From: the human T2T-CHM13v2.0 reference genome, Homo sapiens
NCBI RefSeq assembly: GCF_009914755.1
Contig: NC_060925.1
Length of the DNA stretch: 64,000 bases
Reading direction: 5' to 3' (one strand)
How positions within the stretch are numbered: the first letter of the stretch is position 1; every line of letters starts with the position of its first letter. The notes under the pieces were generated by a model, which worked only from the letters and a program-made list of their open reading frames with translations, ran no database searches and was not told where the DNA came from. The position numbers and the translations under genes are program-made. Positions 16,165-34,077 of this stretch are shown in pieces.

Positions 16165-17090
16165 CCTGAAATTCAAGGATGGTTCAATATACGAAAATCA
16201 ATATAACACATTAACAGAATGACAGAAAAAAATATATGACATCTCAATTGCTGTAGAACAAACATTAGACAAAATTCAGTACTCTTTCATGGCAGAAACG
16301 CTCAACAAAGTAGTAATGCAAAGAAACTACCATAATAAAGGCCATATATGAAAAGCCCACAGTTAACATCATACTCAATGGTTAAAGACTGAAAGCTTTT
16401 CCTCTAACATCATGAACAAGACAAGAATGCCCACATTAGCCTCACCTATTAGGCATAGTAATGGAAGCCCAAGCCTGAGAACTAAACAAGAAAAATACGT
16501 AAAGCATCTGAATTGGAAAGGAAGAAGTAAAATTATCTCGCAAATGCTATGATCTTTTATGTAGAAAACTTTAAAGATGCCACACAAAAAACTGTTAGAA
16601 CTAATAAATGAATTCAACAAAGTTACAGGATACAAAATCTATATACTAGCAATGAGGAATCGAAAAAGGAAATTTAAAAAAAAATTTCATTTATAATACC
16701 ATCAAAAAGAGTAAGATACTTACAAATAAACTTAACCAAGAAAGTAAAGGATCTATATACACTGAAGACTATAAAACATTGCTGAGAGAAGTTAAATTAG
16801 GCACAAATAAATGAAAAGAAATCCTGTGTTCATGGACTGAAAAGATTTGATATCATTAAGATGTCAAAACTACCCAAAGCAATCTATAAGCTTAATGCAA
16901 TCCTTATCAAAATCTCAATGTTTTTTTTTTTTTTTTTTGCAGAAATAGAAAAACCCATCCTAGAATTCATAGGGAAATTCAAGAGACCCTGAATAATCAA
17001 AACAAATTTAGGGAAAAAAGAAGAAAGTTGAAAGTCTCATACTTCCTGATATGAAAATGTATTTATAAACTACAATAATCAAAACAGATC
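16165..17090 (+). mobile_element. L1M ORF2 (RT region) fragment
   Basis: caaggatggttcaatatacgaaaatcaat...aagcccacagttaacatcatactcaatgg... Confidence 0.85.
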
Positions 17091-17231
17091 TAAGATATAT
17101 ATATAATTCCTATTAGTTCTGTTTCACTGGAGAATTCTAATAAAGAGTTCAAGAAAAATTAGGTAGCACCTACTGTGTATGTCCAATATTGTGTTAAAGA
17201 ATATCAAGATGAAAAAAATATGTAAAGGTCA

Positions 17232-17468
<237 letters not shown>

Positions 17469-17823
17469 CTAAAAAATATTAGTATGTTAAACTTTAAAAT
17501 ATGTACATTTTACAGTGTCTATTTCTTAAAAGAAAGCTGCTTCTGCTACTTACTTTTAGAACTCTTTCAATGAAACAATAATCTGTTTTCAATTACAGTA
17601 ATTATAATAAGAAAACATTTAATCTTAATAAATTAAATTTCTATTTTCTTTTTAAAAACATTCATGTTAAATAATTCTCAAAAAAATTACTTATTTATCT
17701 ACAGATAGTAGGATATTATACTCTCATGTAAAGTTTATATTTCACTGAGACCAATCTTTACATACCTAAATCAAAGTAAAAAAAGTAAACAAGCTATTTG
17801 GAAAACATAATAAGCATATTCTA

Positions 17824-18102
<279 letters not shown>

Positions 18103-18533
18103 CTAATAAAGTATACAAAGAAATTATCATTGAGATGATGGATTCCAAAGTGACTTTTAAAAAAATTTATGAATAATATCCCAGCAGTTTCGAGTTAGCA
18201 AATAAAAGTTGCTAGAGCAGAATTCCATTAAAGAAATCCATAATATGTCTTGTGTTGGCAGCAGAAGCCACTGAAGGCACTTCAAGTTTCCTTTTTTCTT
18301 TTTTTAATTTTAAATTGTTTTTAGTAGCAATGGCGGGGCCGGGCGGGGGGTGGTCTCACTATGTTGCCCAGGCCGGTCTTGAACTCCTGGCCTCAAGCAA
18401 TTCTCCCACTTTGGCCTGCCAAAGTGCTGCAATTACAGATGTGAGCCACAAGCACCCGGCCAGCACTTCAAGTTTCTACTACATATTAGTCTTAGAATAT
18501 TAAATTAAGAAATGTTGTAAAATAACCTTCTGA

Positions 18534-18738
18534 CACGCCTGTAATCCCAGCACTTTGGGAGGCCAAGATGGGCGGATCACGAGGTCAGAAGATCGAGATC
18601 ATCCTGGCTAACACGGTGAAATCCCATCTCTACTAAAAATACAAAAAGTTAGCTGGGCGTAGTGGCGGGCGCCTGTAGTCCCAGCTACTCGGGAGGCTGA
18701 GACAGGAAAATGGCGTGAACCTGGGAGGCGGAGCTTGC
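18534..18738 (+). mobile_element. AluY fragment truncated at both ends
   Basis: Starts cacgcctgtaatccc and stops at gagcttgc; no tail. Confidence 0.9.
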
Positions 18739-18989
18739 GCTGGTGAGAATTTGAAAATCATGTCAATAAAAATTCACTGTCATTGTCATTCCTATTGTTA
18801 TGTACTGCTTGCCAAAAGTGATTTTCTTATATTGTCTTTTCTATTTCTTAAAGTTGCTTCTGCTATTTGCTTTTAACACTCTTTCAGTGAAACAATAACC
18901 TGTTTTCAATTACAGTAATTTATAAGAAAATATTTAACTAGTCCTAATAAGTTAAATTTCTATTTCCTTTTTAAAAAGATCTATGTTTA

Positions 18990-19151
<162 letters not shown>

Positions 19152-19933
19152 TTATGAAGAAAAAGGATAAAATAATTTAAAGATAAACATGAAATACACA
19201 GTTGGAGAGAAATTGATTCCAAAACTAAATTATCACAATACTTGGCAGTTTTCTACACCTGTGCCTTTGCCTATATTAAAACTTCTTCTTGAAATACACT
19301 CTTCTATGCATATCGTTCAGAGTCTAAATCAACCTTATCTTCTCTAGTTAATCCTAATTAATTTATCCAGCTACAAATAAACTCAAACTACCTAAAAGCC
19401 TAATGACATATTATGTCCATTCTGAGGCACTAATCACTTTCTAACATGGTCACTTATATATGTAGATATGTTCATTTTTAAATAAGTTTTAAAAATAAAA
19501 GCCTAATGTTTTCTTTTTCAGATTATAAATAATATATTCAATGCAAAAATCTTAGAAAACACATGAATATTCAGAGGAAAACAGGAGCATCCAAAGAATC
19601 ATAATTAACAGTTTAATGCCTAATCCATCTAGACTTTATGCATAAATGCACTTGCCAAACAAATTTTTTTAAACAGTGTCACAGTATACATAATTTGTAG
19701 TCTGCTTTTTTAACTTAACATTTTGTGGACAAATTTTCACGTTATAAATATTATTCTTACCATCTTTTTTAATGCTGGCATAGTAATTCCCATTATATGA
19801 ATACGGCAAAATTGTATACTTAATTGAGATGTCTAACTCATTTCTAAGAACAATGACTTACATACAGTAAACATCTAGTAAATATTTGTTGAATGAAATA
19901 ATATATAATGTGAGGTTAACTAAAACTCTAGAG

Positions 19934-20150
19934 TAGAGGTTCTCAATGAAGGACAATTTTGCCCCCAAGGGAACATTTGGCAATACCTACATACATTTTT
20001 GGTTATCGAAACTACAGGAGTATTACTGTCACTTAGCAGTTAGAAGTCAGAGATATGACTGAACATCCTACGCTGTACAGGACAGTCCCTGACAACAAAG
20101 AACCATCTAGACAAAAAAGTCAATAGTGCTGACATTGTAATAACCCTGCT
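19934..20150. mobile_element. MER20 hAT-Charlie MITE
   Basis: ggttctcaa...ttttgcccccaagggaacatttggcaat...caatagtgctga...aaccctg. Confidence 0.8.
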
Positions 20151-20579
20151 CCACATTGCATGGTATTAAAAGAGAATCGAGGACCTTGTAGAAAATACAC
20201 AACATATTTACATTAGGGTGAGACTTTAATAAAGGGACATTTACAAGGATTTGGACAGGATCTTGAGGAAACAACTACAGAGTGCCATTCCCTGGGGCTA
20301 GCAAAAGCAAGTCATTACCAACCATAGACCTAAAAGAGAACATGGAAGTAATAACCAAAAATTAGAAAAGATAGCTATACCGAAGGTCCTTCACAGGAAC
20401 TGGCCTTGGAAAGAAAGAGGCAACAGATCTAAGTGACTCAGCAGGGAACTCTCTTCTACCCTCTAACTTCCTGCTGATACATCCCTTAGTAAAACCCAAC
20501 TACAAGTCAAATGAAAAGAGATCTTGGTGATCCTGTCCACGTGTCAACCTCTACAAAACCTACTCTGCATCATTTTGAT

Positions 20580-21780
20580 ACTGTCGGTCCATTTATTTTG
20601 GCCAATCCAGTAAATAAGCAGTATCCCACTGGATTTTTAATGGGAATCTTTTCATCTATTCACTGACCATTGGGATATTTTCGGTTGGCCCATTTTTCTA
20701 TTTATTGTTTGACTCTTTCCTCATGAATTTGTTGTTCTTTATGCATTCTAGAAATGAGCACACTGCCAAGTATATGTGTTGGAAATACCTTCTCCTTCTC
20801 TATGATTTATCTTCTCTTGCGCCTTTCGATGAACGAAAGTTGTCCATTTTAATGAAGTAAAATGTGTCAATGTTTTCTTCTAGGGGTAGTGCTTTCTGTG
20901 TCATGTCAAAGAAATATTTTTCTTTCTATAAGATCATAAAGATATCCCTACATTATCTTCTGGAAACTTTACCATTTTGTCCTTCACATTTATGTCTACT
21001 CTCTATCTGTAAAAAAAATTTTGTGTATCATGGGAGGCAGTGGTCAAGTTTCCTATTTTCATATCTATATATATGAATATATATTTTCATGAATATATAT
21101 ATTTTTTCATGAATATATATTTTCATGAATATATATTTTCATGAATATATATTTTTTCATGAATATATATTTTCATGAATATATATATTTTTTCATGAAT
21201 ATATATTTTCATGAATATATATATATAGATATGAAAATAGGAAACTTGACCACTGCCTCCCATGATACAAATTATATATATATATGAGAAACACATACAT
21301 AGACAAGACAGATAGACACAAAGAGAGGAAAGCAGGGGGGAGAAACAGATATCCAACTGTCCTGCCAATTTATTGAAAGGATTACCCTTTCCATACTATA
21401 AAAAACGTCCACTGTTATTACAAATCAAAAATGCATAAACATGTAGGTCCTTTTTTAGCTCTTTTTTTTTAGTTGAAGTAATAAATGTTTAATGAAATAA
21501 TTTTACATAATATTAACAGCATTCATTTGGCAAAATATTTACATGTTTGTAGAGTACTACTGTATATAAAGTGGGAATATATCAAGTACAGACTTTTCTA
21601 GCTCTTTCCTCTACTCCAGTGCTCTAGTTGTCTAATCATGTACCAATACTATACCATCTTAATTACATAGTTTCATACTAGTCTTGATATCTGGTTGGGT
21701 TTTTTTAAATAAAGTTCTTCAAAACTGTCCTGCCTCTTTTGGCCCTTTGTATTTTCATATAAATTATAGATTCAGCTAAA
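20580..21780 (-). mobile_element. Highly degraded L1M fragment, sense to DOCK7
   Basis: T-rich antisense L1 ORF2-like sequence (gtaccaatactataccatcttaattacatag...cttgatatctggt). Confidence 0.55.
21024..21269. repeat. Perfect 51-bp inverted repeat enclosing an AT-rich minisatellite
   Basis: Arms at 21024-21074 and 21219-21269; eight full units of ATGAATATATATTTTC (16-20 bp) run from 21073 to 21210. Confidence 0.95.
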
Positions 21781-21948
21781 AATAAACAAAAGCAAATCAA
21801 AGTGAAATGCTAATTTACTTATTCAGAAAATTAGAGGCCAAGGTGGGAGGATCGCTTGAGGCCAGGAGTTCAAGACCAGCCTAGGAAACACAGCAAGATC
21901 CAATTTCTAATTTTTTAAAAGAAAGAAAATTAGTATCCCAATGTGTAA

Positions 21949-22274
<326 letters not shown>

Positions 22275-22777
22275 AATAACTTTATAATATTTTTAAACCG
22301 CATTTAAAGATCCATATTATTACTATCATGAACAAAGGATGGAACTCTGGAGAAAATAAACTGAAGAAACCAACACAAATCCAGTGAGCTCTACTTTAAG
22401 TAGACAAGAATTTAAACTGCCAAAAATGTATATGTAGAGTTTTTTCTTTTTTTTTTTTAAGTATATTCCTCATGGATTCAGTACACAATTTGAGCAACTG
22501 CAAAAAAAATGAATGCCACATTATTTTTATACTATCAAACATAGGCATGTTTCAAGAAATGCTACTTGCTGAGCAATACTCAATGGCTATTATGCTGCAA
22601 AACAGGTATTTTTTATTCACTATAAATGTACCACTCTACATACTCACTTATTTAAAATGTTGAGAATACTTACAACGATGAAAGAAAAAAACATTTTTTA
22701 ATCACCAAAGGCCTACCATAAGACATTACTAATAAGATGTGGCTTATTTGTTAGGTCTTTTGAAAATTAAGTGTGTG

Positions 22778-24290
<1,513 letters not shown>

Positions 24291-24645
24291 CTAAATTGGG
24301 TGTGTTTTCACATTTGCTTACAAACAATTATAGTACAGTTTTTAACATTTTATCAATATGTGTTGACCCTCTGTTTTGACTTAAAGTCAATTTTGTAAGA
24401 CGTTAATATTGTTCCCTCAGCTTTCATTAGGTTAATATTTGCCATTATATCGTAATATATATTTTTACTTTCAATCTTTCTGGGTGCTTATGTTTTACAT
24501 GGATTGCCTGTTCTTTAATAAAAGACATGTAACTGGGTTTTTTTTTAATGCAATCCGATAATCTGTCTCTTAAATGGATAGTTTAGTCCATTTATACTTA
24601 TTCTTAAGACTTATATTTGGATTCATTTCTAGCAGCTTTTTTTAA

Positions 24646-24949
<304 letters not shown>

Positions 24950-25419
24950 TGTTCTACTTTTTCTAAGTGTTTTTCCATTCTTGACTTCTTTCTCTTGGAC
25001 TGACTTATAGTTCCACTTTCAAGCCAGTTTTTCTCCTTTGCCTATAATTTACATTTCTATTTTTTTAATGGTTACTCAAGAACTTTTAAAGTACATAGTT
25101 AAGTTTTAAAATATCAATATCTTTATTATTCTCCCAAACAGTAAGATCTTAGAATGTTTCAACCCTAATCAACCCCCAATTTATACATTGTGTTATTGAT
25201 TTTGTTCTATCTTAATTATTTTAACCTCATAAACTAGACTCTATTACCACAAACACAGGTTTATCTTTATGTTTTTCAATTTCTTTGTTCATCATTCTTC
25301 TACCTAAAATCTTTCTTCCTGAAGTAATTCCTTTAGAAGTTACATTTTTAGTGATAAAGTATTGTAGAAAACACTAACAATTTTTATCAGTATAAAAAGT
25401 TATTTACCTCATCATTTGC

Positions 25420-25902
25420 AGATTTCAAAAAAATGAATGCAAATTCTTTGCAGATCCTCCCATTAAGAAAAGTCTATTTCTCCATACCTTGAATTCAGGC
25501 TACCCTTGTGATTTGTTTTGATCAATAAATGATATGCTGTAAGAGTTTTAATCCAAGGCCACAAGAGGTCTTACAGCTTCCACTCTCCTTTTTCTGAAAA
25601 CCCTTCCACCACTACATGAACAAGCCCAGGTCAGCCCACTGGACAATGGGAAAAGCATAGCTACTTTCCCAGTTGACATTAAGCCAACTGCCAAATATAT
25701 AAAAGAGAGACTCCTAGACCAACCTGCCTGCTAACTACCAGACATGCACAACTCCTTTATAGATCATCCAGTCCCAACCAAATTGGCCCAGACTACAAGA
25801 ACTACCCAGATAACCCACAGAATTATGAGAAATACTGAACATTTGTTTTTTTAAAACATTACATCTTAAGGTGGTTTACAGTGCAGCAAAAACTAACTGC
25901 TT
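25420..25902 (+). mobile_element. Old MaLR LTR (MLT1F/G-like)
   Basis: aaattctttgcagatcctcccatt...cccacagaattatgaga...gcagcaaaaactaactg. Confidence 0.7.
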
Positions 25903-28411
25903 CAAGAATGTGTTTGTTGAAAGGTAATTTTACTGGGTATGAAGTTTGTGGTCAACAATTATTTTCTCTTAACAACACTGAAGATAACACTCAATGTCTT
26001 CTGGCTTCCATTGCTGCTGTGATAAATCAGCTGTTAGGCTAATTGTAATTTCTTTGCATAGGATCTCTTTTTCTCTCTGGCCGCTTTTAATACAGTTTCT
26101 TGGTTTTGTATTCTCCATTTTTACTATGTTTAGTCTGGATATGAATTTCTTTTTATTTATTCTTCCTAGATCCTACTAGACATCCAGAATTGAGAGTTAC
26201 TACTATGTTTCATAAATTCTGAACAATTGTCAGCCATTATCTCTTCAATAATTGTTTTCTTCTTCCCTAAGTTATTTCCATTCTAGAATTCAAATTAGAC
26301 TTTTTGTTGATATCACTTTATTTTCCATCTATTTACATCTTTGTGTACATTTTGTATAAATTTGTTCAGTTTTATCATCAAGTTCACTTATTCAGTCTTC
26401 AGTTTTATCTAATCTACGTTGAGCCCATCTAAATGGATTTATAATTTTAATTATAAAATCTTGAAAAAGATCAAATGAATCCTTTTAAAAATCTTCCTGG
26501 TCAATTCTGAGAGTCTCTTGTTCCTTTATAATATTTTAAAATAATTATTTACTTAAATATATTAAAAGTACTTATATTCTAAATCTGATTGGTAGTCCTC
26601 TTCAGGTCTGCAGTTTGTTTTGCCATGTTTGTTGATTTACGACTGGAGCTGAAACTTTACCTGTAGAAATATTTTAAGGCCTATATTTTTAAAGTGAATT
26701 CCTCTAAAAACAATTAATTGATGTATGCTTCTGCCAGGTACCTAGGGCCACTGCAATCTAGAACCACTTTAAACTAAACTTTTGCCTTGGAATTTTTTGA
26801 GCCACACATATAGTAGGTAAGCTTATGACCTGGAATTCTCAAGAGCTTTCTCTTTTTATTTTTTCCTGTTTCCTGTCTGACTTTTCCCTGCCAGAGCCGA
26901 AGTTGCAGCAAACAAATATCACTACTATTTCTAATATTACTCTCATGAAATCTGGTGTTAGGCATTTATGCAGGAGCATTTCCATCCTCCTTGCATGCCA
27001 AGCTCTTTCCCTTGTAGCCCATTAAAACCAGGATGAGCAACAGCCCTAATGTAAAATTAGCTACAGAACACTTACTCCTGGGAAATTATGATTTCTTAGC
27101 ATTTCTTGGCTAAATTCATATCAACTTGACCATGCCTAGAAGATATTCCCCTGAATGTATAAATCACTATGTTACTGACAAATAGTCTTCTTAATAGTAG
27201 AAATAATGTTCTCATCCAGGATAAAGGAAGGCTGTTCTTAGGGAACAAAATGTAAGAGAAATGATTTTCAAAAATATATCAGTTTCTATAGTTAGCTAAA
27301 GTAAAGCTATCATTTCTGACTGTTTCTGAACTTCTGTGACCTCAAGTTCTTCCTCACTTTAAACCTGGACTTTTCTTATCATAGACAAATCAGATGTATA
27401 TAATTATTACTTTAGAATTTTTAATGAGAGACAAACAAAAGTTAAATAGTTGTACAAAAAAATCATTCTATATTTTATTTCTCTGAGAGAAATAAACTTG
27501 TAACTTTTATTAATCAAGAAGATCATAAGTAAAGCTACAATGACACACCACTTTACACCCACTAGAATGGTTATGATAAAAAAAACAGATAATAACAAAT
27601 ATTGGTGAAAACGTGGAGAAATTAGAATCATCCTAACTTGCTAGTGGTAATGTAAAATGGTGCAGCTGCTTTGGAAAACAGTCTGGATAATTCCTCCAAA
27701 AGTTAAACATGGAGTTACTATACTAACCATAATTCCTATCCTAGGTATATACCCAAGAGAAATGAAAACACGTGTCCCACAAAAACCTATATACAAATTA
27801 TCAACTTAGCCAAAAAGTGGAAGCAATCATTACTGATTAATAGATAAATAGAATGTGGCATATGCATCAATGGAATATCACTCAGCAATGAAAAAGAAAT
27901 GGTAGTACTGACACATGTTACAGCACAAGCCTTAAAAACACTATGAAAACTAAGTTTAAAAAAAAAAAACAAAAAGGACTACATATTGCATGATTCCATT
28001 TATAGGAAATAATCAGAATAAGCAAATCTGTAGAGACAGAAAGTAGGACAGTGGTTGCCTACGGATGGAGGAGTTGAGGAAAAGAGGCACTTACTATTAA
28101 CAAATATGAGATTTCTTTTTGGGATGATGAAAGAACTCTAAAATTTATTGCAATAATAGTTGCACAAATCTAAGAATATACTGAAATCCACTGAATTGTA
28201 TGCTTGGTGAACTGGGTGAATTCACTGGTGAACTGTACACTGAATATACACTGAGTGAACCACATAATACGTGAATTATACCTCAATAAAGCTATTTTTC
28301 TTTTTAAAGTAGAAACAACCCAAATGCTCACTGACTGATAAATGGATTAACAAAAAGTGGTGTATCCACACAGTGGAATATTGTTCAGTCATACAAAAAA
28401 ATGAACTACTC

Positions 28412-28826
<415 letters not shown>

Positions 28827-28919
28827 TCAGAATGGGTAAGCTCATAGAGACAAAAAGAAAATTAGTGATTGTCAGGTGCTGAGGAAAAGAGAGAACAGGG
28901 AGTGATTACTAACAGGTAT

Positions 28920-29312
28920 TGTTATGGTATGAAATGTATCATCCCCCAAAATTCATATGTTAAAGCCCTAACCCCCAATGTGACTGTAATTGGAAATAAG
29001 CCCTTTAGGGCTTATTAAGGTTAAATGAGGTCCTAAGAGTGGGGCACTAATTCCATGGAACTGGTATCCTTATAAGAAGAGGAAGAGATACCAGAGACCT
29101 CTCTCTCTCTGTGCACACACAGAAGAAAAGTCATGTGAGAATGCAGCAAGCAGCAGCCATCTGCAAGCCAGAGAGAGATGCCTCATGAGAAACGAACCCA
29201 CTGGCACCCTGATCTTTGACTTCTAGCCTCTACAACTCTGAGAAATAAATTTCTACTGTGTCGGCTACGCATTCTATGGTATTTTGTTATAGCAGCCTGA
29301 GCAGACTGATAC
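28920..29312 (+). mobile_element. MaLR LTR (MLT1A/B-like)
   Basis: tgttatggt...cccccaaaattcatatgtt...tatggtattttgttatagcagcctgagcagactgataca; TSD ggtat/ggtaa. Confidence 0.85.
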
Positions 29313-29895
29313 AGGTAAGGAGTTTCTTCCTGGGGTAATGAGTATGTTCTCAAGTTAGACAGTAATGACAGCTGTGCAACTCTGTGAATACATACCACTA
29401 ACTTGTATACTTTAAAAGGGTTAATTTTATGATATATAAATTAGATCACAATAAAGCTGTTAAAAAACAAAATAAGATTATAAGTAAGAACTGATGTTAG
29501 GTGTCCTGTTATTCAAAAGATTCAATGCACTTAATCTATCTAACATGTTTCTGAATAAATCTAACTAAATATACAAAGCCTTAGCTTTCAAGGAAAGAAA
29601 TTGCCAGAATTATATATAGACATCGTCTGTCCCTATGAGTTGCTTGTTTCAGAAAGCTCTATGAATTGAAACTTTTTTCTTAAGTCAGAACAAATAATTA
29701 AACTTATAATATTAACATGACAGCATGAAATAAGAGAAAGCACTTTGTAAAGCAGAATGTAAACATAACACCTCAATGATGTTAGCAGAAATCAGATCTA
29801 AGTTTTTTAAAGAAGGAAAAAATACGTATTTCAAAATCTTCAAAAATCAAAGCCTACTGTAAAATCAACTCTTTGATTTTATATTTGTTATATGG

Positions 29896-30118
29896 CAGAC
29901 TTAGCTTCATATATATCTTAGGCTTAGAACAGCAGGATTAGCTTCATACATAGGTTTGAATGCTGAATAGCACTTAAAATGATATACAGAATTTAAAAGT
30001 TGACTTTATGTTTGCTACACAGTAGGCTTAGCTTCATAAATACGTTAGGCTTAGCACAGTAGGCTCAGCTTCATACATACGTTTGAATGCTGAATAGTAT
30101 TTAAAATGACATGTAGAA
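29896..30118. repeat. Two-level tandem duplication (~125-bp period, each unit containing two ~37-bp subunits)
   Basis: Four copies of agcttcata and two of gtttgaatgctgaatag..ttaaaatga. Confidence 0.85.
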
Positions 30119-30235
30119 CAATACTTCTCAAAAGGACACAAATGCAACTATAAAATCTACTCAGATTTTGTTACATCACTACTAAAATTTTATCCTGGAA
30201 AATAAAAGTTGTAAGTAAAAGAAATAAATACTCAC

Positions 30236-30321
30236 TTGAGTGATAAGCATTTTACAAGAAGTCTTTGACCAAAATGTTCTTTGGGTATATCAGGAACACT
30301 AAGCCGTTCTATTGGTTCTTC
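30236..30321 (-). CDS. DOCK7: DOCK7 exon 7 (86 bp)
   Basis: tag|GAA GAA CCA...CTC AA|gtgagt; EEPIERLSVPDIPKEHFGQRLLVKCLSL(K). Confidence 0.96.
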
Positions 30322-30647
30322 CTACAAATTGAAAAGCAACACCAAAATGAATATGCTTATCATATTCCAACTCTTTATCTTTTTAAGAACTTACTTTACT
30401 AATCTAACACTTTTAGTCTTCACAATAGAACATAGAGAAGAATGACCTATTTATCCACAGACAGAAGTCATTTGATTATAACTTACTCATTAAGAATAGT
30501 AAATTCACTAGTATAAAATGTATTCATTTATAAAAATTACAGCTGTTTCAGTTGCTTTATCCCCTACATTTTGTAATACTATATATCAATCACAATCCCA
30601 AAAGATCAATTTTAATAATCATTTGCTTCTTTATATGCAAACATCTA

Positions 30648-30866
<219 letters not shown>

Positions 30867-30896
30867 TCATGCAAAACATTAAATATAAATATATTA

Positions 30897-31106
<210 letters not shown>

Positions 31107-32908
31107 TTAAATAAATATCAACTATCAAACTTAGGAATTTTTTCACTTTTTGGGCATCATTATGTAATAAGCCAAGTGTTTTCTGCATTATTTCTTTATG
31201 TAATAAGAATCTATTCTAGCAATTTAGGTTAAAGAAAATTTATATTCAATGTTCCTTTAACCCAGCTAAGGAGTAGAGTATGAGTTTCCAAAAGCAAATC
31301 ATATTTTCCTTCTTTCCATGCCAATCATGTGTATATAAATTAAGCTGTACTTTCAATTCAGAGAATTGGTCAGTAAAAAGAAAACTTGGGAAGCCAGTAA
31401 CTTGGGTTAAAGAATAAAATGAGAAATAGAAAATATACACTGAATTAAGAATAATATAAATTTTAAAAGGTTATATACATATAAAGCACTGAATCTTAAA
31501 ATTTCAAGTAGCCAAGAAATTTTTTGCTATCTCTCGTTATCTATAAAAGATCTTAACCTAAAGCTGCAGACTTGTAAAATGAAAAACAGCAAAATCTACA
31601 CCATCACTGTGTACATATATATATTAACATTACATATATACACAGTTAGCTAAAAACAACTCTTAAATTAATGCAAGCTTCTTTCTTAACAATCCAATAA
31701 CAACCTAATACCCAAGAACATCAAATATGAGCTGATCAAAAAGCAATTATTGTTCGTGATTCAACACTTCATAGAGCCAAACTGAAGGAACATTTTAGTT
31801 GAAGCAAAACAATAATGTTCACAAGATGGTATAGTTCTTGCTATCACCCAATTTATGAGACAGTAAAGAATCACATTTGATATGAATTACTCACATCCAG
31901 TCTTGTTGCTAAAGCTATTAAAATAGCAATTACATGATATTAACATCACTGCATAATCGCAAAAGAAAGTATTTTCTCTGAAAGAACTAAAGACACTCAA
32001 TATAGTAACATGAAAGTTATTACTTAGAAGCAGATATCTTAATCTTTAATGGAATGTTTCAAGTGTCTTAATTTGTAAAGCTGCATACGTAAGCTGCTCT
32101 GATAAATCAGAATGCTACTGAATTCTATACTAAAAAAATTGACGATATGAAATTCAAGAAAGCAAAGAATGATTCATGATCAATACTCTCTTCTATGTCA
32201 TCCTGTCCTCTAGTCTGTTGCTATGATAAGGCTCTAATAATTACCCATTCAACCCCACACACATCACCATTTTTCTGACTTGTTTCTTAGCATTCTCACT
32301 CTCATTTACGGTTCCAGCCACACTGTCCTCTTTACTCTTTGTTCCTTGAACATTTCTAGCATGCTTTCAATATGGAGCCTTAGCATGTATTGCTCTTCCC
32401 TCTGCCTAATAACATTCTTCCCCCAGATATTTACAGGGCTCACTTCCTTCAGGTCTCTGCTCAAAATCACCTTATCAGTAAGGCTTCCTCTGATTAATTA
32501 TATAAAACAGAAGGTCGAGCATGGTGGCTCACACCTGTAATCCCAACACTTGGGGAGGCTGAAGTAAGAGGATGGCTTGAGGCCAGGAATTCAAGGTAAC
32601 AGAGAGAGACCTTGTCCCAAGTAAATAACTAAATAGAAACCAAAATAAATAATAAAATAAAAATATTTGTCCCTCTTCTTGGCCCTCTCTATCCACTTCA
32701 TCCTACTTTTTTCTCCACTGACTCACCTAGATCATATTTAGTCTATATTTACCTGTGTTGGTTTATTGTCTATTGACAATCTCATCTCCCACTAGAATAT
32801 AAACTCCATGAGGGTAGAGAGTTGGTTTCGTTCACTGCTGTATCATCAGTCTTTAGTATAGTGCCTGGTACATATAAGACTCTCAATAAACACTAACTGA
32901 ATAAATAA

Positions 32909-34077
<1,169 letters not shown>

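Noticed and set aside
21073-21218. Regularly spaced palindromic repeats superficially like a CRISPR array; ORF 21123..21368 with IYIHEK repeats
   Set aside because: The units are contiguous with no unique spacers, the context is a eukaryotic intron with no cas genes, and the ORF is just the translated minisatellite.
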